Origin: an uncultured delta proteobacterium
GTDB lineage: Bacteria; Desulfobacterota; Zymogenia; Zymogenales; Zymogenaceae
Direction: 5' to 3'
DNA length: 14,996 nucleotides
Assembly (NCBI GenBank): GCA_963792965.1
Contig: CAWBYW010000020.1
Location: 1 to 14,996, forward strand
Notes under the pieces: model-generated
What the model saw: the letters and a program-made list of their open reading frames with translations, nothing else
The model's database searches: none
Told to the model about the DNA's origin: nothing
Position numbers and translations under genes: made by a program
Shown: piece by piece, positions 1 through 7,421 of the stretch
Layout: the number at the start of each line of letters is the position of its first letter
Numbering within the stretch: the first letter of the stretch is position 1

Positions 1-1
1 G

Positions 2-397
2 GCAGATTACACGCCTCAGCCAGACCTACAGGTGCGCGGATCATCAAAACTCTCCAGCGCTTTACCCTCAAGCGACATCGAAGCGGGAATGTTGCTAAGC
101 TGCGCATTTCCTATATCTAATATCCCTAACGCGACAGTAACCTCGTTACAAATGCCCCCTCTTCCCATACCCATCGATGGAGCCACGTACCGCGTGGGAA
201 ACCTCTTCCTAATCGATGAAGCGGTGACTAGCGGAGACTCAGGTGGGTTACTTTACAATGGGGTTGATGCAATCGGCATTCTTGTTGCCACATCAGACAA
301 GGGTTACGGATTATTTCAACCTCTGGGAGAAGCGTTTGAATATCTTAAGTGCATTCTTGAAGAGGAAAACTCATCTCTTAAGATAAAGTGCTTTTAA
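2..397 (+). CDS. 5'-truncated trypsin-like (chymotrypsin-fold, Nal1-like) serine protease, C-terminal part
   Basis: The frame is open from position 2 (ADYTPQPDLQVRGSS...), so the real start lies upstream of the window. It contains TSGDSGG (nucleophile motif) followed by LLY...AIGILVA...GLFQPLGEAF, the usual C-terminal layout of trypsin-like proteases. Stops TAA TAA TAG at 395-403. Catalytic His and Asp are not visible. Confidence 0.7.
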   Translation, partial: ADYTPQPDLQVRGSSKLSSALPSSDIEAGMLLSCAFPISNIPNATVTSLQMPPLPIPIDGATYRVGNLFLIDEAVTSGDSGGLLYNGVDAIGILVATSDKGYGLFQPLGEAFEYLKCILEEENSSLKIKCF

Positions 398-418
398 TAA
401 TAGCTAAGGAGAAAGACA

Positions 419-870
419 ATGAAGAAACTAACTACACTTCTTTTAGCCGTCTTCGCCCTCGCTGTTCTTGGCGGATGCGCCATGGTTATTACAAATAAAG
501 CGGATCTCACAAAATCACCTAATGGGATACGCGTCTATCCATCTAGGGTCTACCTGATGGTAGATAGTGGAGAAAAAGGACAACAATAGCATATTTGCCC
601 GATTACGGACAGGCTTATGATATAAGACCGATTACTCTGTTTGCAAAACAAGATTTCATGATTGAAATCGAGGGCGGCCAGATCAAAGCCCTTACTTCGA
701 ATGAAGATACAACTGCAATTCTGTCATTTCTAAAAGAAGCGGCTAACCTTGCAGCAAAAGCAACGGGGGCACCGGTTGCACGCGAGATAATTAACGGAAC
801 ATTTGGTATACCGGATGGAGTATACCGACTGGATGATGATGGTGTATTCCGTCATTTGAATATTAAGTAG
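419..870 (+). pseudogene. Uncharacterised lipoprotein (~150 aa if repaired), split by a 1-nt frameshift; true pseudogene or sequencing indel
   Basis: SD TAAGGAG at 405-411 and ATG at 419. The first part reads MKKLTTLLLAVFALAVLGGC (lipobox, Cys20)...GIRVYPSRVYLMVDSGEKGQQ* (TAG 587-589). The frame of ORF 595..870 is open from 568. One extra A in the A5 run at 573-577 gives ...DSGEKRTTIAYLPDYGQAYDIRP... through to 870. Confidence 0.8.
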
Positions 871-883
871 TACCATCAATGAA

Positions 884-964
884 ACCTAACTTCAGGGTAA
901 ACCGGCCGATGGGGCGAGTACCTGTGTATTTTATGCCTTTGGCCGGTTACCCTGGATCTTAGGG
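884..964 (+). mobile_element. Degenerate integron attC-like recombination site (81 bp)
   Basis: R'' ACCTAAC (884-890), 5-nt spacer, L'' GGTAAACC (896-903, one extra base relative to L'), L' GGTTACC (945-951), 6-nt spacer, R' CTTAGGG (958-964; canonical is GTTRRRY). Stem CAGGGTA(A)ACCGGCC / GGCCGGTTACCCTG. It begins 13 nt after the upstream stop codon. Confidence 0.65.
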
Positions 965-1186
965 AGACCGGACCTTAAACAACTATTGTTTTACAGCTTA
1001 CATCTATATAGAAGTCGTAGAGAGTCGTGCTGAGATGTGACTCTTTGCAGCTTAGGTCATGGCTGATATAGCTGAGACCATAACAGAGTTAAGGGAATTG
1101 ACGGTGAGGGCGGGGAAGCCATTTACAATTATTTTCGTTACACTCCCGACGTAATTTCGTTTCTTAGCCTCGTTAAGGAATAATAG

Positions 1187-3340
1187 ATGGAGTTGGAAAG
1201 AAAGAAAGAGAGATGCGGAATATTCCACAAGCTCACAAATCTAGTCGTAGATACATGTAGAGGAATATTTGGAGAATCTATTCGTATACTAAGAGCACCC
1301 TTTCTCAAGAAAGCCATTTCATTTTTAGGGATCGGCGCTATCTTCCACAAGCTCATAAATCTAGTCGTAGATATATGTGGAGGAATATTTGGAGAGTCTA
1401 TTCGTATACTAAAAGCGCCCTTTCTCAAGAAGGCCATTTCATTTCTAGGGATTGGCGCTATCTTCCTAACAATATTTGGCTATATTATCACGGCCTTTGT
1501 GTATGAACCAGCTCAGAACTGTATATCCAACATAAAAAACTATAACCGAATGGAAAAAGACCTTAAAAGTAAAACGGATATAGTTATAGATAGCAAGAAT
1601 CGGGATAAGATAATTAGTCTCATAAATGAGCTGGATGGTATTGAGAAAGAAGCTTCCCTCAGATCGGAAGACACATGCTGTCGAGAGAAATATGCTAAGT
1701 TAGATGCGGCCGTGTATGAGAAGATGGGCGATCTGTCTAATGCCCTATACTCCATGTCGGAAGACGATACCTATATAGATAACAGCATTAAATACTATAC
1801 TAAATCTCTAGACCTCTTTAATAAGAATCAAGATCTGTTAGAAACCATTGAGCTCAACAATAAACTGGGGAAACTATATATAGACCTTTCGCAAGAACGG
1901 AGCATAAAGAATAACCTAATAAAAGCAAGAGACTACTTCCTGGCTGTTAGAACGTTGTGTAACAATAATAAGAAAGAGCTTGTGAAGAATAACGAGAGAA
2001 TGTACTTCGAAAGCTGTTTCAACTACTTAAACTGCATTGGCGTAGTATACGGAAATATGTACCTTATTAGCGGAGACGAAGCAGACATTCAAAGGGCACG
2101 TGACTACTTTAATGATGCAAAGCTGCTCCTATCTAGTAGTAGCGGTTTGCTCAAGACTGATACGGACTTATATAGTTTATATTCTATTTTATACAATAAT
2201 ATTGGTTGCGTCTATTTAACTGTGTATGAAAGTGAACAACACGATGATGACAAGATTATTAGGTTAGAGGAGGCTCTTAATTCATTCAGAAAGGCTCTGG
2301 ACTATACAATACTGGAAAACGATGAGTATGGTTATGCACTTACAAGCTTAAATATCGGTATCGTATTCACTTATCTCTATAAGATAGAAAAGACGGAATC
2401 ATATCTTATCAGCGCGCTTGCTTACTATAATAAGGCTCTAAAGATATGGGACACCGATCATCACCAAAGTGAAAATATTTGGGTAAATGACGCCATCGGA
2501 GAATTATACCTCTACAGTTATGATAAAGGAAAAGATAAGAACATTCTGAAAACGGCTCGAGAATATTTCGCAAAGTCCTCATGTCTATGGAAGGAACGTA
2601 ACCTCCCCTATTGTCGCGATTATGCAGTATTCAAGATTACGAATGGAGAATTCAAAATCAGAAGGGCGGAGGCAGAAAATGAGTCCATCTATTTAGACGA
2701 AGCCCGAGATGACTGCTACGATGCTCTAGATATACTAACTCCCGCTCTATATCCTACCAGCTACATATCTGCAAAACTTGAGCTCGGGAAGATCTATTCC
2801 AGAAAGTATTCGTATTCTGCGGAAAAGGATGATCTTAGACTCTCTGTCTACTCGTTTTGGGATTCGATGTCTATATATAATAGCGAAAAATACCGATTCT
2901 TCTCAGAATCCGATTTCAGAGATACTATTTCCTCATGTGATAAGTATATACAAGCATTTGGAAATTCTGCTGTGCAAGATTATATAATAGCTAACTATAC
3001 GGAAGGCCTTTCATATATTTACCTATATGGTATTACGAGAAAGGAATCAGATCTGGATAGTGCGATGATATGTCTGAGAAGGTCTTTAGAATACTACGAA
3101 AATAATGAGAAATCTGACATAGGTAATTTTGAGCTTTCGAGGATCAACGAATTACTTGGTGATACCTGTTATCAACTATTCATAGTCTGCCCTGATTCTC
3201 AAAAAAAGGAATATGCTAAGAAAACATATATTTGCTATATGAAAGCTTACAGATTCTATAAGGATAATAATCTACCTTCATATTCTGAGGATATAGATAC
3301 GAAGCTTAGGAATTCCAAACATCTATATACTAATCTCTAG
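1187..3340 (+). CDS. Membrane-anchored tetratricopeptide-like helical repeat protein, 717 aa
   Basis: SD TAAGGA at 1174-1179. A hydrophobic segment FLGIGAIFLTIFGYIITAFVY is followed by repeated TPR-like units (NNKLGKLY, NCIGVVY, NNIGCVY, LNIGIVF, DAIGELY, LELGKIY; A..YY.KAL patterns). No catalytic domain recognised. AT-rich. Confidence 0.8.
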   Translation: MELERKKERCGIFHKLTNLVVDTCRGIFGESIRILRAPFLKKAISFLGIGAIFHKLINLVVDICGGIFGESIRILKAPFLKKAISFLGIGAIFLTIFGYIITAFVYEPAQNCISNIKNYNRMEKDLKSKTDIVIDSKNRDKIISLINELDGIEKEASLRSEDTCCREKYAKLDAAVYEKMGDLSNALYSMSEDDTYIDNSIKYYTKSLDLFNKNQDLLETIELNNKLGKLYIDLSQERSIKNNLIKARDYFLAVRTLCNNNKKELVKNNERMYFESCFNYLNCIGVVYGNMYLISGDEADIQRARDYFNDAKLLLSSSSGLLKTDTDLYSLYSILYNNIGCVYLTVYESEQHDDDKIIRLEEALNSFRKALDYTILENDEYGYALTSLNIGIVFTYLYKIEKTESYLISALAYYNKALKIWDTDHHQSENIWVNDAIGELYLYSYDKGKDKNILKTAREYFAKSSCLWKERNLPYCRDYAVFKITNGEFKIRRAEAENESIYLDEARDDCYDALDILTPALYPTSYISAKLELGKIYSRKYSYSAEKDDLRLSVYSFWDSMSIYNSEKYRFFSESDFRDTISSCDKYIQAFGNSAVQDYIIANYTEGLSYIYLYGITRKESDLDSAMICLRRSLEYYENNEKSDIGNFELSRINELLGDTCYQLFIVCPDSQKKEYAKKTYICYMKAYRFYKDNNLPSYSEDIDTKLRNSKHLYTNL
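1221..1466 (+). repeat. In-frame tandem duplication, 2 x 120 bp (40 aa)
   Basis: 1221-1340 versus 1341-1460 align without gaps, with 10 mismatches by manual count (9 transitions). The unit start TCTTCC recurs at 1461-1466. Confidence 0.95.
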
Positions 3341-3374
3341 AGAATTGAATAGCTATACATCGCTTTCATTCCTC

Positions 3375-3403
3375 TTGACAAACCCCGCGATATCCCCAAT
3401 ACT
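3375..3403 (+). promoter_or_regulatory. Putative sigma70 promoter for the beta-barrel/FecR operon
   Basis: TTGACA (3375-3380), 17 nt, AATACT (3398-3403), upstream of ATGs at 3441 and 3459. Confidence 0.5.
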
Positions 3404-3440
3404 CTCCCTCATCTATTGCGTAACGAGCTGAAACAACATA

Positions 3441-5111
3441 ATGACCCACTCCGGCGTCATGAAGATAATCGCACTCATACCCCTTCTCCTGTACCTCTTT
3501 TTCTCCTCGTTTGCCTTTGCCGCCGAATTCGAGAGCGGGGGCTATCTCCGCGCGACCTACTCCGTCGACACCTATTATGAGGACGTCTGGGGGAACAGGG
3601 GCCTGTCCAACCTCGACGTCGACCCCGAGACAGGCGACAATTTCCACTATGCCGAAAACCTGCGGCTCAGCTTTAGGCGTTTGCTCGGGCGTGACCTGAC
3701 GCTCGAGGGGAGCTTCTGGGGCCGCCACACCACCGACAAGCTCCTCCAGCGCCTCCCCGGTGACCGGTGGATGATCAACGATATGCGGCTGAGGCTCACC
3801 GGCGACACGTTCGAGGTCGGCCTCGGCGACCTTTCGGCGTACTTTTCCAACTATACCTTCAACAACACCCTCTTCGGGGTGACGGCGAGCCTCCGCCCCT
3901 CAAAGAACGTGACGCTCTCGGTCCTTGCCGGCACCAACCGCGACGGAGAGAGGGATACCTTCGAGCATCTCTTCTACGGCGCGCGCGTGGAGACAAGGCC
4001 AATCAGGCAGCTTGACCTTGCCCTCACCTACGTCCACACGGAGATCACGAAGCTCTACCCCGGCACGTCGATGACGGACTACGCCGACGACGTCCTCTCG
4101 TTTTCCTCACGCCTCTCCCTCATGGACGGGCGTCTCGTCCTTTCGGGAGAGGGGGCCGGCAGCCTCTACACCGCCGACCGGAGGTCCCACTCGTCCGACT
4201 CGGCGTGGGGGGGCGCGGTGTGGGCCGCCCTCTCGTTTTCCCCATTGAGGAACGAGCTCGAGTTTCTGCTCGCCTACGAGTACGTCGATCCGGGCTTTTT
4301 GTCCGTCATGGGGACCTACTCGACCGACCGCGAGACGATCTCCGCGGGCGTGCGCTACACCCCCTCCGATATCCTCTCACTCACGGCATACTTCCGCAGC
4401 TACCATAACCGGCTCTCCGAGCGGTCGGCTGCCCCCTATCGCACCGACACGATAGATCCCGGTATGGTCGTGACGATTAAGCCCTTTGTCTACGACGGCG
4501 GCTCGTCCCTGCAATCGCTCACGGTCGAGCTCGCGACCTACTGGACGGGCGAGCGATCCGACGACCCACTGTTGTCCGTCGCAGACGATCGACTCTTCAC
4601 CCATGTCAGGGTCTCCGACGCCTGGGGGCCCCTTAATGTGGCCCTCTACTGTGACGTGGAATGGGACGACGACCGGACGAGTACCGACACCGACACCCTG
4701 GTCAATACCTTCGGCGCCCAGGCATGGTATTGGTGGACCGGCGCCCGGCTGAGTGTATCGGCCGATTGCCTTCTTGAGATGAAGATCGAGGATATCCGCC
4801 CTCCCCATGACCCGCACCTTTTGGACACGGCGGCGAGGATCGGCGGGGGAGTTACGGTCGTCCTGGACCCGACGGCGCCCTACCCCGCGAGGGGGTCGGT
4901 CCGCTACGAGGGGATATTCTCCGATCGGGAGCTTGCTGCCGATACCTGGGAAAACAACGTCGAGATCCACATTGAAAAGGTCGTCATGAAGAGCGGCGGC
5001 CTCACGGGCTCCCTCGGGCTGAGCTACCGGATCCACGACGTGGCGTCCCCAACCCCGGGGGAGTCGTACGGGGAAGAGGTGTACGGACTTTTCGTGAGGC
5101 TCGAGTTTTAA
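3441..5111 (+). CDS. Putative outer-membrane beta-barrel protein (start may be ATG 3459)
   Basis: Sec signal MKIIALIPLLLYLFFSSFAFA-AE. Alternating amphipathic beta-strands throughout. C-terminal YGLFVRLEF with terminal Phe (BAM beta-signal). No N-terminal plug or TonB box apparent. Confidence 0.75.
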   Translation: MTHSGVMKIIALIPLLLYLFFSSFAFAAEFESGGYLRATYSVDTYYEDVWGNRGLSNLDVDPETGDNFHYAENLRLSFRRLLGRDLTLEGSFWGRHTTDKLLQRLPGDRWMINDMRLRLTGDTFEVGLGDLSAYFSNYTFNNTLFGVTASLRPSKNVTLSVLAGTNRDGERDTFEHLFYGARVETRPIRQLDLALTYVHTEITKLYPGTSMTDYADDVLSFSSRLSLMDGRLVLSGEGAGSLYTADRRSHSSDSAWGGAVWAALSFSPLRNELEFLLAYEYVDPGFLSVMGTYSTDRETISAGVRYTPSDILSLTAYFRSYHNRLSERSAAPYRTDTIDPGMVVTIKPFVYDGGSSLQSLTVELATYWTGERSDDPLLSVADDRLFTHVRVSDAWGPLNVALYCDVEWDDDRTSTDTDTLVNTFGAQAWYWWTGARLSVSADCLLEMKIEDIRPPHDPHLLDTAARIGGGVTVVLDPTAPYPARGSVRYEGIFSDRELAADTWENNVEIHIEKVVMKSGGLTGSLGLSYRIHDVASPTPGESYGEEVYGLFVRLEF

Positions 5112-5127
5112 AAATACGAGGTAAGCC

Positions 5128-6513
5128 GTGGATGGACACAAGGTAGTGCTGATAGTCGCCCTCTGCTCGTCGCTCTTCTTCCGCCCACCGACTCCGGCCG
5201 GCGCGGCCAACCTTGTCCCAAAGGCGCGCATCGCGTCGATAACAGGCGACGCGTCCGTGAAATATAGGGGAACCGACAACTTCGTCTCGGTCTGGCGCCG
5301 CGAGCGTATTTCCGCAGGAGATACGATCGCAACCGGGGAAGAAAGCTCGGTCGTGCTCATCTTTGGAGACGGAAACCTGATCGCCCTGGGCCCCTCGGGA
5401 AGGTTGATGCTCGAGACGATCGCGCCGAGTTACGCGCCCGATCCCTCGACGGGACGGCGGAAGGCCGTGGTGACGATCACCGCCCGTCTTGAGTCCGGCA
5501 GGCTGCGCGCGGCGCTGGGCACGGGGTCGCGCCTCGGGATTTCCATGGGCTGGGCCGCCCTCGTGACCAACCCGGTCACCGGCGCCGACTTCACCTACGC
5601 GGGCGACGTCTTTTCCCTCGGGTATTACCTGCGCGTCGACCGGGGGTCCGTCTTTATCCCCGGAGCGGAGTCGCGCCCCGTCCCGGTGTGCGCCGGATCG
5701 GCGGTGAAAGTGGGGATGACTCCCGAGATGACGGCGCCCTTGCTTCTCGGTGACCAATACGGCCACTCCATATATGTCGATTTCGGCTCCGAGATGCCGT
5801 CGATGCTGACACGCGAGGAGCCCCTCCCCGAGATCACGGTCAACAACAAGAAGGTGCTCAGCGCTGCAGATGATATTTTTCACGTTCCGGCCTCCCGTCC
5901 CGAAAAGGAGAGGCCCCTTGTCGTCTCCGGGAAGGCCGAACCGGGTCGGGCGATCCTTATCTCCCTTGACGAGGGAGCGGACTGGGTGACGGTATTGCCG
6001 GATGATGCCGGCACATGGGAGTTTGCGCCCGAGCATGTGCCGCCACGAGAGCTCGCCCTCACGGTGAAATCGTTCTACATCGGCACGCCGCCCGCCGACT
6101 TCGAGGCACTGCTCGGCACGGCCCCTTCCTCGTCGTCGGGCGCGGCCGCCCCTGCCCCGGAGAAAGCGCCCGACCCTGACGCGGTCGCGGGGCGCTTCAT
6201 CGACGCGTTTGTGGGGGCGCTGGGCCGTGGAGACACGGCGGCGCTCTCGTCGCTCATCTCCGCCGACTATAACGGCACCATCGGCGGCGGCAGTCGCGCC
6301 GCCTTCCTGAGGGGTGTGTCCGACTTTTTCCGGGCGGGAAATACCCTCTCGATCGTCGCCACGCCAACGACCGCAAGCCTGTCGGGTGACTCGATCATCG
6401 TGACAATGGGTTTTTCCGCGCGGGCAGGCGCAACCACGAAAAGCGGGAGCGCGAAGCTCTGGCTGACCACGAACGGGGCCCTCACGCACGCCGAGGGAGA
6501 TGCGTTTTTTTAA
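5128..6513 (+). CDS. Exported FecR-domain protein with an Ig-like domain and a C-terminal NTF2/SnoaL-like domain
   Basis: Signal peptide ending ...PAGA-A. FecR-type motif ISAGDTIATGEESSVVLIFGDGNLIALGPSGRL...LESGRL. Ig-like segment LVVSGKAEPG..ILISLDEG..W.TV.PD.AGTWEF. Ser/Ala/Pro linker, then FIDAFVGALGRGDTAALSSLISADY, an NTF2-like start. Lies 16 nt after the barrel gene. Confidence 0.7.
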   Translation: MDGHKVVLIVALCSSLFFRPPTPAGAANLVPKARIASITGDASVKYRGTDNFVSVWRRERISAGDTIATGEESSVVLIFGDGNLIALGPSGRLMLETIAPSYAPDPSTGRRKAVVTITARLESGRLRAALGTGSRLGISMGWAALVTNPVTGADFTYAGDVFSLGYYLRVDRGSVFIPGAESRPVPVCAGSAVKVGMTPEMTAPLLLGDQYGHSIYVDFGSEMPSMLTREEPLPEITVNNKKVLSAADDIFHVPASRPEKERPLVVSGKAEPGRAILISLDEGADWVTVLPDDAGTWEFAPEHVPPRELALTVKSFYIGTPPADFEALLGTAPSSSSGAAAPAPEKAPDPDAVAGRFIDAFVGALGRGDTAALSSLISADYNGTIGGGSRAAFLRGVSDFFRAGNTLSIVATPTTASLSGDSIIVTMGFSARAGATTKSGSAKLWLTTNGALTHAEGDAFF

Positions 6514-6603
6514 AGATTGGTTATCCGGAGCCTCTTAGCTAGTTCGTCTCGGCGTGCAAGCTGCGAAGCGCCGGACTGCGTCGGAAAGAAAGAATCAACG
6601 TGT

Positions 6604-6642
6604 AAAAAAGAACCGCACGGACAACCTCCAGGTCCTCCGTGC
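6604..6642 (-). terminator. Putative intrinsic terminator downstream of the V4R gene
   Basis: On the minus strand: GCACGGA-(GGACCTGGAGGTTG)-TCCGTGC followed by GGTTCTTTTTT. It lies between convergent genes. Confidence 0.55.
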
Positions 6643-6695
6643 CGTGTTGATAATTATCGGTGTCTTATTCCTGCCGTTCCCGCCCTCCGCTCGGT

Positions 6696-7268
6696 TTAGG
6701 CGAGACGAATCTCGTAGCGGCAGGTCTTATCCCCCTTGGCCTTGCACTCCGTCTCGACCGTCTTCACCCCTGCGACGCCCGCCCATAACGCGTATTCGTC
6801 GAAGGCCCCGTTCAAAGCGGTGCAGACGGAGGTGTCGGAGGTGAAGTTGGTGCAGGCGGAGCACTGGGAATTGTCGTAGATGACCACGTCCCCCTCCCTG
6901 GTCGCCTTGCCCCTCCCCGTCGCCAGGGCAAAGAGCTCGATCATCTTGAAGAGTTTCTCGTTGCCCGGGAGGTCTTTGAGCGATTCAAAGATGCCGGTGC
7001 CGATTGATCGTTTGCCCGACGATTTCCCGATCATTCGAAAGACCGCCTTACCCCCGGACGTTCCGAGGACCTTATACCAGCTTGCAGTCAGGTGGCCGTA
7101 CTCCTCGTCGGTATAGTTCTTCTCAAGAGAGTAGTCCGGCTTATTCTCGTAGAGATTGATGAGCTTGGCGTAGTTCAGCATGGCCTTCAGGCCGTTGGTG
7201 CCGATAATCTCCTCGGTCGAGTCGAGCACCATACGGATGACGAGGTTGGAGACGGTTTTTTCGGACAT
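6696..7268 (-). CDS. Stand-alone V4R (4-vinyl-reductase-like) domain protein, 190 aa
   Basis: Start reassigned to ATG 7268 (MSEKTVSN...) because of the SD AAGGAG just upstream. C-terminal V4R pattern CSAC...VC...G......VETECKAKGDKTCRYEI. Confidence 0.8.
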   Translation of the reverse strand: MSEKTVSNLVIRMVLDSTEEIIGTNGLKAMLNYAKLINLYENKPDYSLEKNYTDEEYGHLTASWYKVLGTSGGKAVFRMIGKSSGKRSIGTGIFESLKDLPGNEKLFKMIELFALATGRGKATREGDVVIYDNSQCSACTNFTSDTSVCTALNGAFDEYALWAGVAGVKTVETECKAKGDKTCRYEIRLA

Positions 7269-7332
7269 GGCGGGCTCCTTTCGAATAGGTGGCGGTGGGG
7301 CAGAAGGTCTTCCTTCACAAATCGAATGGTAT

Positions 7333-7361
7333 ATAGTATACAGGGGCGGGATGAGAGTCAA
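7333..7361 (-). promoter_or_regulatory. Putative sigma70 promoter of the V4R gene
   Basis: On the minus strand: TTGACT (7361-7356), 17 nt, TACTAT (7338-7333). Confidence 0.55.
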
Positions 7362-7421
7362 CTCAAAAGTGAGCAACACTAACTTTTTTTGGGGATGAGG
7401 AGACGGTAAGGTCGCGGGGTA

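Noticed and set aside
419-870. Bacterial gasdermin next to a protease
   Set aside because: At about 150 aa it is too short, and it carries a Sec/SPII lipoprotein signal, unlike cytoplasmic bacterial gasdermins.
1021-1079. Two small hairpins (AGAGTC...GACTCT and GGTC...GACC) upstream of the TPR gene
   Set aside because: The stems are short or imperfect with no recognisable RNA motif, and could arise by chance.
1138-1437. Minus-strand 99-aa ORF with an internal repeat
   Set aside because: It is the antisense shadow of the duplication inside the TPR gene.
1221-1460. 120-bp near-identical pair as a DGR template/variable repeat
   Set aside because: The mismatches are not confined to adenines of one copy (C/T, G/A and T/C occur). 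The copies are adjacent, in frame and N-terminal, and no reverse transcriptase is in the window.
1221-1466. CRISPR array
   Set aside because: The units are contiguous 120-bp coding repeats with no spacers, and there are no cas genes.
3341-3440. Second attC after the TPR gene (GCGTAAC at 3418-3424)
   Set aside because: There are no matching L boxes, palindrome or GTTRRRY partner.
4377-6489. Long minus-strand ORFs (327 aa and 495 aa) and similar antisense ORFs over metG, holB and tolB
   Set aside because: They are Arg/Gly/Pro-rich shadow frames typical of high-GC coding DNA and overlap well-supported genes.
6517-6844. Short plus-strand ORFs between and over the convergent genes
   Set aside because: They have no SD or recognisable motifs and overlap a terminator and the V4R gene.
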